A DNA stretch of 64,000 nt, taken from contig QHRU01000045.1 in NCBI GenBank assembly GCA_003220225.1, positions 2,586-66,585 of the forward strand, written 5' to 3'. The position numbers and the translations under genes are program-made. The notes under the pieces are model-generated. The model saw only the letters and a list, made by a program, of their open reading frames with translations. It was not told the origin of the DNA and searched no databases. Below are positions 45,000-54,245 of this stretch, piece by piece. This stretch comes from Candidatus Rokuibacteriota bacterium. GTDB taxonomy: Bacteria > Methylomirabilota > Methylomirabilia > Rokubacteriales > CSP1-6. Every line of letters starts with the position of its first letter. Position 1 is the stretch's first letter.

Positions 45000-45341
45000 T
45001 CAGTGACCGAAGACCAGGAATTCCCCGGTCAGCGTCATCACCGCGACCGCGAGCAGGGTGGCCAGCACCAGCGGGGCCACGAACAGGAACGTGAGCACGC
45101 GCGAGTCGTAGCGCAGGTGCATGAAGAACATCACGACGAGCGCGAACTTGCCGGCGGAGAGCACGAGCAGCAGCGGGATCAGGACCGGCGCGAGCCGGCG
45201 CACGTAGATGACGCCGAACTCGAGCGCGGTCACCGCGGTGAGGATGCCGGCGACGATCAGGTACGTGCGGATCGTCGCGTGCTCGTGCGTGGCGGGCTGC
45301 GCGTGGGTGGCCGGCTGTTCGCGCGCGCTCGGCTCGCTCAT
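45000..45341 (-). CDS. Cytochrome c oxidase subunit IV family protein
   Basis: Three hydrophobic segments; KFALVVMFFMHLRYD. Confidence 0.88.
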   Translation of the reverse strand: MSEPSAREQPATHAQPATHEHATIRTYLIVAGILTAVTALEFGVIYVRRLAPVLIPLLLVLSAGKFALVVMFFMHLRYDSRVLTFLFVAPLVLATLLAVAVMTLTGEFLVFGH

Positions 45342-47749
45342 GGGATCAGATAGACGAGGGTGAAGATCACGATCCAGACGACGTCGACGAAGTGCCAGTA
45401 GAGGCCGGCGACCTCGACCTTGACGGCGTCCGGCGTGCCCAGCCGTCCGCGGAGGTCGAGCCCGAGCAGGGTCAGCAGCCAGATCACGCCGAGCGTGACG
45501 TGGCCGCCGTGGAAGCCGGTCAGCACGAAGAAGGTCGAGCCGAAGAGGTTGGTCTGAAGCGTCAGCCCCTCGTGCACGAACGACGTGAACTCGTACGCCT
45601 GGAAGCCGAGGAAGATGAGGCCGAAGAAGGCCGTGCCCGCGAGCCAGAGCCGCGACTGGAACCGGTCGCCGCGCCGGACGGCGGCCAGGGCCAGCACCAT
45701 CAGGAGCGACGACATGAGCAGGTCGAACGTGCTCAGCGTCGTGATCGGGAGGTTGAGGATCTCGTGCGGGTGCGGGCCCACCACGCTGCGGCCCTTGTAG
45801 GCCATGTAGGTCGCGATCAGCGTCCCGAACAGGAAGCACTCGGAGCCCAGGAACACCCACATCGCGAGCTTGCGATGGTCCACGCCCAGCCCGCCCTCCT
45901 GGCGGACGTGGGCGGGGTTGCGATGGTGCTCCAGCGCGAAGGCGAACGAGCCACCGACGAGCACGGCGGCGCCGATCAGCACGAGGGCGAGGCTCGTGAG
46001 CGCGCCGACGGCGGCGACGACGATGCCGAGCGCGATCACGATCGGCCAGTGCGACGGCGCCGGCATGTGGATGCCGTGTGGGTCCGGCGCCGCCGGCCGC
46101 GGCGTCGGCTTGCGTCCCCGGCTGTCGCCGTACTTCTCGCGCCAGAACGAGTCCCGCGAGTACACGGGCGGGATCTCGTCGAAGTCGTGCGGCGGCGGCG
46201 GCGAGGAGGTGCGCCACTCGAGGGTGCGGCCGTCCCACGGGTCGGCCCCGGCGGGAGGCCCGCGCCGGAGCGAGAGCAGGGCGTTCACGGCGAACAGGAA
46301 GACGCCAAACGCGATGCCGAAGGCGCCGACGGTCGACCAGAAGTTCCAGAAGCCCCAGCCGGTGCCGGCCGCGTAGGTGTAGATGCGGCGCGGCATGCCG
46401 ATGGCGCCGAGGTAGTGCTGCGGGAAGAACGTGAGGTTGAAGCCGGCGAAGAGCACCCAGAAGCCCAGGCGCCCGAGCCGCTCGTCGAGCAGGCGGCCGG
46501 TCATCTTGGGCCACCAGTACGAGGCGCCGGCCAGGATGCCGAAGAGGCTGCCGCCGATGAGCACGTAGTGGAAGTGAGCCACCACGAAATAGGTGTCGGT
46601 CTGTTGCAGGTCCACCGGCGGCGAGGCGTGCATGACGCCCGAGAGACCGCCGATGGTGAAGAGGGCGACGAGCCCGGCCGCGTAGTGGAACGGGACGGTG
46701 GCGCGGATGGTGCCGCCCCACATCGTGGCCAGCCAGTTGAAGATCTTCACGCCGGTCGGGATGGCGATCAGCATGGTGGAGATCGCGAAGAACGCGTCGG
46801 CCACCGGGCCCATGCCGGCCGCGAACATGTGGTGGCTCCACACGCCGAAGCCGAAGAAGCCGATGAGCACGCCGGAGTAGATCATGACCTGCCCGCCGAA
46901 CAGCGGCTTGCGCGAGAAGGTCGGCAGCACCTCCGAGACGATGCCGAAGGCGGGCAGGATCAGGATGTAGACCTCGGGGTGGCCGAAGATCCAGAAGAGG
47001 TGCTGCCACAGGTGCAGGTCGCCGCCGGCGGCCACGTCGTAGAAGTGGGTGCCGAAGAAGCGGTCGAACATCAGGAAGATCAGCCCCACCGTGATCGGCG
47101 GGAAGGCGAGCACGATCAGGAACTGCACGACCAGCGACATCCAGACGAACAGCGGCATGCGCATGAGCGTCATGCCCGGCGCGCGCATGTTCAGGATGGT
47201 CACGATGAAGTTCACGGCGGCCATGATCGACGAGGCGCCGAGGATCTGGAGGCTGAGCATCCAGAAGTCGATCTCCGGCCCCGGCGAGAACTGGCGCGTG
47301 GTGAGGTTGGCGTAGCCGAACCAGCCGCCGTTCGGTGGCGCGCCGACGAGGAAGCTCGCGTTCAGGAAGAGGCCGCCGAGCAGCAAGATCCAGTACGAGA
47401 GCGCGTTGAGCCGCGGGAAGGCGACGTCGCGCGCGCCGATCATGAGCGGGATCATGTAATTGAAGAACGCCGCGTTGAGCGGCATGATCGCGAGGAACAC
47501 CATCGTGGTGCCGTGCATGGTGAACAGCGCGTTGAACGTCTCCGCGCCCACCACGGCGCCGTGCGGGCGCGCCAGCTGCAGGCGGATGATCAGGGCCTCG
47601 ATGCCGCCGATGACCAGGAATGCGAACGCCGTCACGCCGTAGAGGATCCCGATGCGCTTGTGATCGACCGTCGTCACCCACGACCAGACGCCCGTGCCCT
47701 CGCCCGCGTGGACGAGCTCGTGCTGCCGCAGCGCGTGCGGGATCGCCAT
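45338..47749 (-). CDS. ctaD: Cytochrome c oxidase subunit I fused to subunit III
   Basis: TVDHKRIG, FTMHG, FGHPEVY, WSHHM, VVAHFHY, then MWVFLGSE, TGFHGGHV, YWHFVDVVW in one frame. Confidence 0.95.
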   Translation of the reverse strand: MAIPHALRQHELVHAGEGTGVWSWVTTVDHKRIGILYGVTAFAFLVIGGIEALIIRLQLARPHGAVVGAETFNALFTMHGTTMVFLAIMPLNAAFFNYMIPLMIGARDVAFPRLNALSYWILLLGGLFLNASFLVGAPPNGGWFGYANLTTRQFSPGPEIDFWMLSLQILGASSIMAAVNFIVTILNMRAPGMTLMRMPLFVWMSLVVQFLIVLAFPPITVGLIFLMFDRFFGTHFYDVAAGGDLHLWQHLFWIFGHPEVYILILPAFGIVSEVLPTFSRKPLFGGQVMIYSGVLIGFFGFGVWSHHMFAAGMGPVADAFFAISTMLIAIPTGVKIFNWLATMWGGTIRATVPFHYAAGLVALFTIGGLSGVMHASPPVDLQQTDTYFVVAHFHYVLIGGSLFGILAGASYWWPKMTGRLLDERLGRLGFWVLFAGFNLTFFPQHYLGAIGMPRRIYTYAAGTGWGFWNFWSTVGAFGIAFGVFLFAVNALLSLRRGPPAGADPWDGRTLEWRTSSPPPPHDFDEIPPVYSRDSFWREKYGDSRGRKPTPRPAAPDPHGIHMPAPSHWPIVIALGIVVAAVGALTSLALVLIGAAVLVGGSFAFALEHHRNPAHVRQEGGLGVDHRKLAMWVFLGSECFLFGTLIATYMAYKGRSVVGPHPHEILNLPITTLSTFDLLMSSLLMVLALAAVRRGDRFQSRLWLAGTAFFGLIFLGFQAYEFTSFVHEGLTLQTNLFGSTFFVLTGFHGGHVTLGVIWLLTLLGLDLRGRLGTPDAVKVEVAGLYWHFVDVVWIVIFTLVYLIP

Positions 47750-48759
47750 CACTTCAGTCCCGTCAGATACGCGGCGACGGCCTTCGCCTGCTCGTCCGTC
47801 AGGCCGAGGTCCGGCATCTTCACGCCCGGCTTGAGCCGCTGCGGGTCGCGCACCCACGCCGCGACGTTGTCCGGCGTGTTCGGCCACATGCCGGCCGCGA
47901 GCATGGTGCGGCCGCCGAAGTGGCTGAGGTTCGGCCCCAGCACGCCGCCCGACACGCCGGCGATCGTGTGGCAGCCGACGCACGCGCTCCTCGCGAAGAT
48001 CGCCTTGCCCTCGGCGGCGAGACCGGCCGGCTCCGCCGGCGCCGCCTTCTGGCGCGCCACCCAGGCGTCGAACTCCGCGGAGGCCTGCACGATCACACGC
48101 AGGCCCATGTTGGCGTGCGAGGCGCCGCAGAACTCCGCGCACTGTCCCCAGTGCTCGCCGGGACGCTCGGGCGTGAGCACGATGCGGTTGTGGCGGCCGG
48201 GGACGACGTCGCGCTTGCCGCCGAGACGCGGCACCCAGAACGAGTGGATGACGTCGGGCCCCTCGAGATCGAGCACGACCGCGCGGCCGACGGGCAGGTG
48301 CAGCTCGTTGGCGGTGACGACGTCGAGGTCGGGATAGCGGAACTCCCACCACCACTGCCAGCCGCGCACCGTCACGCGCAGCGCGTCGCGCGGCGCGGCC
48401 ACGCCCTGCGTGCGGAAGGTGAGCTGGATCGTCGGGACCGCGATCACGAGCAGCACGAGGGCCGGCACGATCGTCCAGGCGATCTCCATGAGGGTGTGGC
48501 CGCGGATCTGCGCGGGCAGCGGCGCCTCCGGCCGCGCGCGGAAGCGCACGAGAATCCAGAGAAGGACGACGAAGACGAGGAGCCCGATGACGGCGGTGAT
48601 CCACGTGATGAGCGCATACAGCCAGAGGGTCGCGCGGGCGAAGTCGGAGCCGGGGACCACGGTGGACATCGGACCGTCCCATGCGCAGCCACCGACGAGC
48701 AGGACGAGCGCGGCGAGCGCGACGCGGACGACGAGCGTTCCGCTCGGAACGAGGTCCAC
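47749..48759 (-). CDS. ctaC: Cytochrome c oxidase subunit II with C-terminal cytochrome c (caa3 type)
   Basis: Lipobox LVGGC; DVIHSFW, CAEFCGASHANM CuA site; CVGCH heme motif; start approximate. Confidence 0.93.
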   Translation of the reverse strand: MDLVPSGTLVVRVALAALVLLVGGCAWDGPMSTVVPGSDFARATLWLYALITWITAVIGLLVFVVLLWILVRFRARPEAPLPAQIRGHTLMEIAWTIVPALVLLVIAVPTIQLTFRTQGVAAPRDALRVTVRGWQWWWEFRYPDLDVVTANELHLPVGRAVVLDLEGPDVIHSFWVPRLGGKRDVVPGRHNRIVLTPERPGEHWGQCAEFCGASHANMGLRVIVQASAEFDAWVARQKAAPAEPAGLAAEGKAIFARSACVGCHTIAGVSGGVLGPNLSHFGGRTMLAAGMWPNTPDNVAAWVRDPQRLKPGVKMPDLGLTDEQAKAVAAYLTGLK

Positions 48760-48824
48760 GCCGACTGACGGTACCGCTCCCTCCGGGCCTCCGCAACCGG
48801 GGCGGACGCGCGCCGCCGCGTCCG

Positions 48825-50063
48825 CTACGCGGCGAGACGCAGGAGCGTGTGCAGCAGCACGTTGGCGCCGCGCTCGATGGCGTCCCAGTCGCTCATCTCG
48901 TCGACGCGGTGGCTCCGGCCGCCGCGCGACGGGATGAAGATCATGCCGGCGTCGGTGACCCCGGCGAGATTCTGGGCGTCGTGGCCGGCCGCGGAGTAGA
49001 GGCGCCGCGAGGCCAGGCCGAGGGCCGCGCACGCCGCCTCGATCGTCTCCTGCACGCGCGGCGCGCACGGCGCCGGCGTCGTGGCCGATATCGGCCGCAG
49101 CTCCACCGTGAGCCCGCGCGCCGCCGCCACCTCGCGCGCGAGCGCCTCGCAGTCGCGGGCGAGTCGCTCGAGCACGGCGGCGTCGGGGTCCCTGATCTCG
49201 TGCACCAGCTCGGCGCGGCCGGGCACGATGTTGCTGGCGCCGGGATGGACGTGCACGACGCCGAAGTTCGTGACGGCGCGTGCGCCGCCGCGGCTGATGA
49301 CGAGCTCGCGCGCCTTCAGCGCGTAATCGGCCGCGCCCAGGAAGGCGTCGCGGCGGCGCTCCATCGGCGTGGTGCCGGCGTGATCGGCCTGGCCGTGGAA
49401 GACGACACGCGCGCGGCGCGCGCCGACGATGGTCTCCACCACGCCGATCGGGATGCCCGCCTCCTCGAGCCGCGCGCCCTGCTCGATGTGCAGCTCGACG
49501 TAGGCGGCGACGCCGCCGGGCGGCGCGGCGGCCTCGGGGGCGCGATGCGCGTCGAAGCCCGCGCGGCCCATGGCCTCGACGAGCCGGTCGCCGTCGACGG
49601 CGGCCATGCTCGGGATGGCCGCGGGGTCGAGGCGGCCGCAGAAGGCGCGCGAGCCGAAGAGGCTTCCGTAGCGGCCCTCCTCGTCGCTCCACGCCGCCAC
49701 CGCCAGCGGCCGCGCGGGCCGTATCGCGGCCTCACGGATCGTGTGCAGGCACTCGAGCCCCGCCATCACGCCCAGCGCGCCGTCGAGGATGCCGCCCTCG
49801 GGGACGGTGTCGATGTGCGAGCCGGTGAGGACGACGGGCGCGTCGGGACTCACCCGGTCCGCGCCGAGACCGCCGAAGACGTTGCCGGCGGGATCGACCC
49901 ACGTCGCGAGCCCGGCCGTTTTCGCCTCGCCGAGCAGCCACGCGCGCGCCTGCTCGTACGGCGGGCTCCAGCACATGCGCGTCACGCCGCCGCCGGGCAG
50001 CGCGCCGAAGCGCGCGAGTGCGAGCAGGCGATCTTTCAGACGCGGCAGCGACACGGACAGCAC
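48825..50063 (-). CDS. Zn-dependent M20 amidohydrolase (allantoate amidohydrolase / N-carbamoyl-L-amino-acid hydrolase family)
   Basis: GSHIDTVP.GG..DG, DEEG, ELHIEQG, HAGTTPM, SAAGHDAQ. Confidence 0.92.
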   Translation of the reverse strand: MLSVSLPRLKDRLLALARFGALPGGGVTRMCWSPPYEQARAWLLGEAKTAGLATWVDPAGNVFGGLGADRVSPDAPVVLTGSHIDTVPEGGILDGALGVMAGLECLHTIREAAIRPARPLAVAAWSDEEGRYGSLFGSRAFCGRLDPAAIPSMAAVDGDRLVEAMGRAGFDAHRAPEAAAPPGGVAAYVELHIEQGARLEEAGIPIGVVETIVGARRARVVFHGQADHAGTTPMERRRDAFLGAADYALKARELVISRGGARAVTNFGVVHVHPGASNIVPGRAELVHEIRDPDAAVLERLARDCEALAREVAAARGLTVELRPISATTPAPCAPRVQETIEAACAALGLASRRLYSAAGHDAQNLAGVTDAGMIFIPSRGGRSHRVDEMSDWDAIERGANVLLHTLLRLAA

Positions 50064-50082
50064 GATCCCGGAGTATATCGCC

Positions 50083-50125
50083 TTGACTTCGCCGCAGGGC
50101 CGTCCCTAGAATGAACCACCGTTCA
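50083..50125 (+). promoter_or_regulatory. Sigma70 promoter with an overlapping palindromic operator
   Basis: TTGACT, 18 nt spacer, TAGAAT (50083-50112); TGAAC-CACC-GTTCA at 50112-50125. Confidence 0.7.
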
Positions 50126-50162
50126 GTCAGCGCCCGCTGACCTCATCCCCAGGAGGGGACTG

Positions 50163-51353
50163 TTGGATTTCACACTGACTCCCGATCAAGAGGCGCTGCG
50201 CGCACGCGTGCGCACGTGGCTCACCGCTCACATCCCCGAGGACTGGAAGAAGTTCGGGCTGTCGGAGGTCCCGCGGCCCGAGGCCTATGAATTCCTGCGC
50301 AAGTGGCAGAAGACGCTGCACGACGCGGGGTTCATCGGGTTGACGTGGCCCAAGGAGTACGGCGGCCAGGGGCTGACCTTCGTCGAGGAGATTTTGCTCC
50401 ACGAGGAGATGGCGCTGGCCAAGGCGCCGCCCATGCTCAACATCCTCGGCGTGGGCATGGCCGGGCCGACGATCATTGCGTACGGCACCGAGGAGCAGAA
50501 GCAGCGCTACCCGGCCAAGATCCTGTCCTGCGAGGAGATCTGGTGTCAGGGCTACTCGGAGCCGAACTCGGGCTCCGATCTCGCCTCCCTGCAGACGCGC
50601 GCCGTCAAGGACGGCGAGTACTGGGTGATCAACGGGCAGAAGGTGTGGACCTCGCTCGCCCACGTCGCCGACTACATGATGCTGCTCGCCCGCACCGATC
50701 CCGCCGCGCCCAAGCACAAGGGCATCACCTATTTCCTGCTCGACATGAAATTGCCGGGCGTGACCGTCAAGCCGCTCAGGCAGATCACCGGTGACGCGGA
50801 GTTCAACGAGGTCTTCTTCGACAACGTCCGCGTGCACGAGAGCCAGGTCCTGGGCGGCGTCAACAACGGCTGGGCGGTGGGCCTCACCACGCTGATGTAC
50901 GAGCGGCTCGCGCTCGGCTTCGGTCTTCAGGTGAGGCTGCGCATCACGCTGCAGTCGCTCGTCGACATGGCCAAGCGCATCGAGAAGAACGGCCGCGCGA
51001 TCACCAAGGACCCCGTGATGCGGCAGAAGCTCGCCGCCCTCTGGATCGACACCGAGGCGCTCAAGTACACCGGCGCCCGCGCCGTCACGAAGCTGCTGCG
51101 GGGCGAGCTGCCGGGGCCCGAGGCCTCGACGGGCAAGATGGGCTGGGTCGAGACTCACCAGCGCCTGCAAGAGCTGGCCATGGAGATCCAGGGGCCGTAC
51201 GCGATGCTCGCGCGCGGAGCGGACGCCGCCGTCGACAGCGGGGTGTGGCAGTATTCGTTCCTCCGGTCGCGCGCCAACTCGATCGAGGGCGGCACGACCG
51301 AGATCCAGAAGAACATCATCGGCGAGCGCGTGCTCGGGCTGCCGAAGGGCTAG
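50163..51353 (+). CDS. Acyl-CoA dehydrogenase (alpha-type subunit of a paired ACAD)
   Basis: WCQGYSEPNSGSDLASL, NGQKVWTS, EFNEVFFDNV, SIEGGTTEIQ; TTG start after GGAGG. Confidence 0.93.
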   Translation: MDFTLTPDQEALRARVRTWLTAHIPEDWKKFGLSEVPRPEAYEFLRKWQKTLHDAGFIGLTWPKEYGGQGLTFVEEILLHEEMALAKAPPMLNILGVGMAGPTIIAYGTEEQKQRYPAKILSCEEIWCQGYSEPNSGSDLASLQTRAVKDGEYWVINGQKVWTSLAHVADYMMLLARTDPAAPKHKGITYFLLDMKLPGVTVKPLRQITGDAEFNEVFFDNVRVHESQVLGGVNNGWAVGLTTLMYERLALGFGLQVRLRITLQSLVDMAKRIEKNGRAITKDPVMRQKLAALWIDTEALKYTGARAVTKLLRGELPGPEASTGKMGWVETHQRLQELAMEIQGPYAMLARGADAAVDSGVWQYSFLRSRANSIEGGTTEIQKNIIGERVLGLPKG

Positions 51354-51364
51354 GAAACTCGCGT

Positions 51365-51440
51365 GATCGAGGCGCGCCACGGCTTTGCCGGGGCGTGCCG
51401 AGCGCTGGGGGGTGTGGGGGGCCATTTCGGGGCCCCCCAC
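51365..51440 (+). repeat. Dispersed palindromic element, copy 4
   Basis: GATCGAGGCGCGCCACGGCTTTGCCGGGGCG...GGGGGGCCATTTCGGGGCCCCCCAC. Confidence 0.85.
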
Positions 51441-51453
51441 CCAGGAGAGACGC

Positions 51454-52590
51454 ATGGACTTCGGGTTCAACGCCGACCAGGAGATGCTTCGGGCGACCGC
51501 GCGGAAGTTCCTCGAGAACGAGTGCACGTCCGAGTTCGTCCGCGCCCGCATGGCCGAGGACGCGGGCTTCACTCCGGAGTTCTGGACCAAGCTCGCCGAG
51601 CAGGGCTGGCTGGGCCTCGTCTATCCCGAAGCCTACGGCGGCGCCGGGCTCGGCTTCGTCGACCTCACCGTGCTGATGGAGGAGATGGGGCGCGCGGTCA
51701 TGCCGGGCCCGTTCTTCTCGACGCTGCTGGGCGGCCTGGCAATTCTGGAGGCCGGCTCCGACGCCCAGAAGAAGGAGTGGATCACGAAGGTGGCCGAGGG
51801 CGAGGCGCGCGTGACGCTGGCGTGGACCGAGCCGAGCGCGCGCTGGGACGCCGCCGGGATCACGACGGCGGCCAAGGCCAGCGCCGGCGGCTTCACGCTG
51901 TCGGGCACCAAGCTGTTCGTCCCCGACGCGCACGTCGCCGAGGCGCTCGTGGTGGCTGCGCGCACGCGCGAGGGCAAGAACGCGGACGACGGCGTGAGCC
52001 TCTTCCTGGTGCCCAAGGGCACGAAGGGCCTGTCGGTGAAGCTGCTGCCGACGATGGACCAGACGCGCAAGCTCTGCGAGGTGAAGCTGAACGACGTCAG
52101 CGTGCCCGCGGGCGCGCTGCTCGGTCAGAAGGACGGCGGATGGGCGCCGCTGGCCCGCGTCCTCGAGCGCGCCACCGTCGCGCTCTGCGCGGAGATGTGC
52201 GGGGGCGCGCAGAAGGTCCTCGACATGACCACGGAATACGCGAAGATCCGCATCGCCTTCGGCAAGCCGATCGGCTCGTACCAGGGCGTGAAGCACAAGG
52301 CGGCCGACATGCTCGTGGACGTCGAGAACGCCAAGTCGCTGACCTACTACGCGGCATGGGCGGTGGACGAGAACGTCCCCGAGGCGGCGCTGGCGGCGTC
52401 GATGGCGAAGGCGTACACCTCGGACGCGTTCCGCAAGGTGTCCGGCGCCGGCATCCAGCTGCACGGCGGCATCGGCTTCACCTGGGAGCACGACCTGCAC
52501 CTCTATTTCAAGCGCGCGAAGTCCTCGGAGGCGACCTTCGGGGACGCGACGTACCACCGCGAGCGCGTCGCCCAGCTGATCAGCTTGTAG
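51454..52590 (+). CDS. Acyl-CoA dehydrogenase (beta-type partner subunit)
   Basis: RIAFGKPIGSYQGVKHKAADM, QLHGGIGFTWEHDLHLYFKRA; AGGAG RBS. Confidence 0.93.
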   Translation: MDFGFNADQEMLRATARKFLENECTSEFVRARMAEDAGFTPEFWTKLAEQGWLGLVYPEAYGGAGLGFVDLTVLMEEMGRAVMPGPFFSTLLGGLAILEAGSDAQKKEWITKVAEGEARVTLAWTEPSARWDAAGITTAAKASAGGFTLSGTKLFVPDAHVAEALVVAARTREGKNADDGVSLFLVPKGTKGLSVKLLPTMDQTRKLCEVKLNDVSVPAGALLGQKDGGWAPLARVLERATVALCAEMCGGAQKVLDMTTEYAKIRIAFGKPIGSYQGVKHKAADMLVDVENAKSLTYYAAWAVDENVPEAALAASMAKAYTSDAFRKVSGAGIQLHGGIGFTWEHDLHLYFKRAKSSEATFGDATYHRERVAQLISL

Positions 52591-52953
52591 TTACAGTCGC
52601 TCGAGCGTCTCCACGGTGCGCTCGTTCTTCACGTCGCCCGTGTTGAGCGTGCCCTTCGGCTCGAGCAGGACCACGTGGACCTCGTCGGTGAGCGCCTTCG
52701 GGCAGTGCTCGACGCCGCGCGGCACGATGATGAGCTGACCCGGCCCCACCTCGCGGTCGCCGTCGCGCAATTGCATCCGCAGCCGCCCCGCGACGACCCA
52801 AAATAGCTCGTCCTCCGCGTCGTGGTGGTGCCAGACGAACTCCCCGCGCAGCTTCACCACCTTCACGTGCATGTCGTTGACGTCGCCGACGATCTTCGGC
52901 GACCAGGCGTCCGTGAACCGCCCGAACGTCTCGGCGAGATCCACCACGCGCAT
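52591..52953 (-). CDS. Cupin domain protein
   Basis: GEFVWHHHDAEDELF, VPRGVEHCP, NTG. Confidence 0.9.
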   Translation of the reverse strand: MRVVDLAETFGRFTDAWSPKIVGDVNDMHVKVVKLRGEFVWHHHDAEDELFWVVAGRLRMQLRDGDREVGPGQLIIVPRGVEHCPKALTDEVHVVLLEPKGTLNTGDVKNERTVETLERL

Positions 52954-52986
52954 GGCGCACCTCCAAGCATCGAGTATAAGTAGTCA

Positions 52987-53808
52987 ATGGCCGACGCCGC
53001 CCCCGCCCCCGCCGAGCCCCGGCCGGCCGCCTCCGTGATCATTGTGCGCGACGCGCCGCCGGGGGCGCCCGAGCCGATCGAGGTCTACATGGTCCGCCGC
53101 CAGCGGAGCATGAAGTTCCTGGGCGGCTTCTACGCCTTCCCCGGCGGCAAGGTCGATCCCGGCGATGCCGCGTCCACCCTGCTCGCCGGGTGCCTTGGGC
53201 TCGACGCGGCGCGCGCCGCGCAGTGCTTCCCCGCGCACGGCGCGCTGCCGCCGCTGGCGTTCTGGGTCACGGCCGTGCGCGAGCTGCTGGAGGAGAGCGG
53301 CGTGCTGCTCGCCTGCGACGGCGGCGGCGGCGTCGTCGATCCGCGCGAGCCGCGCGTCGGCGCCCGGGCCGACGCCGCGCGACAGGCGCTCGTCGGGAAC
53401 GGCGCGGACTTCGGCGCGCTGCTCGCCGAGGCCGGCTGGCGGTGCGACCTGCGACCGCTCCGCTACCTCTCGCACTTCGTGACGCCGAAGACGAGCCCGA
53501 TCCGCTTCACCGCGCGCTTCTTCCTCTGCCGGCTGCCGCCGGGCCAGGCGCCGCGGCTCTACACGGAGGAGACGTCGGAGGGCTTCTGGATCCATCCGGG
53601 AGACGGCTACCGGCGCTTTCTCGCTCACGAGATGGCGATGGCGGAGCCCGCCGAGTACGGCCTCGCCTACATCGCGCAGTTCCGCTCGGTGAGCGAGCTG
53701 TGGGCGGCGTGTGACGACAACCGCGAGAAGTTCACGGGGGTCGTCGACCGCATCGAGTTCCAATTCTGGAAGGACTTCGACTGGAAGGCGGAGCGATGGA
53801 ATCGCTGA
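52987..53808 (+). CDS. NUDIX hydrolase (NUDT19-like)
   Basis: PRPAASV, AFPGGKVD, AVRELLEESG, HFVTP...RFTARFF. Confidence 0.85.
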   Translation: MADAAPAPAEPRPAASVIIVRDAPPGAPEPIEVYMVRRQRSMKFLGGFYAFPGGKVDPGDAASTLLAGCLGLDAARAAQCFPAHGALPPLAFWVTAVRELLEESGVLLACDGGGGVVDPREPRVGARADAARQALVGNGADFGALLAEAGWRCDLRPLRYLSHFVTPKTSPIRFTARFFLCRLPPGQAPRLYTEETSEGFWIHPGDGYRRFLAHEMAMAEPAEYGLAYIAQFRSVSELWAACDDNREKFTGVVDRIEFQFWKDFDWKAERWNR

Positions 53809-54245
53809 CGAGGTTTCGCGCCGTCGCGCTGACGGTGCCGTTCGCGCTCGCGCTCTGGCTGCTCATGTTCTTCGCCGCCGGCTACGGCCGTGGCATCTAC
53901 CTGCCCTTCGTCGTCTTCTACGCGCCGTTGCTGGTCGTCAGCTCGATCGGGTGGCTGACGTTCTTCGTCGCTCCCGCGCTGCATCTCGTGTACGCGGCGG
54001 TGGCGGACGTCGTCCGCGCCGGCGTGCTCTCCACGCGCTACCTGCTGGCGCTGGGGCTCGCGCACTACGCCGCCGTCGCCTACGTCGGGCTCGCCACCGC
54101 CGACGGCCGCGACGCCTTGTTCGACGCCGAACCCGTCCGCTGGCGCGCGGCCGGCGCCTGGGTCGCGCTCGGGCTCGCCCTCTTCATCGTCTGGCAGGTG
54201 GTGCTCGCGCGCGTCGTCCGGCGCCGCCCGCCGATGGTATCGTGA
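53796..54245 (+). CDS. Hypothetical membrane protein
   Basis: About 4 hydrophobic segments; overlaps both neighbours in operon fashion. Confidence 0.6.
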   Translation: MESLTRFRAVALTVPFALALWLLMFFAAGYGRGIYLPFVVFYAPLLVVSSIGWLTFFVAPALHLVYAAVADVVRAGVLSTRYLLALGLAHYAAVAYVGLATADGRDALFDAEPVRWRAAGAWVALGLALFIVWQVVLARVVRRRPPMVS

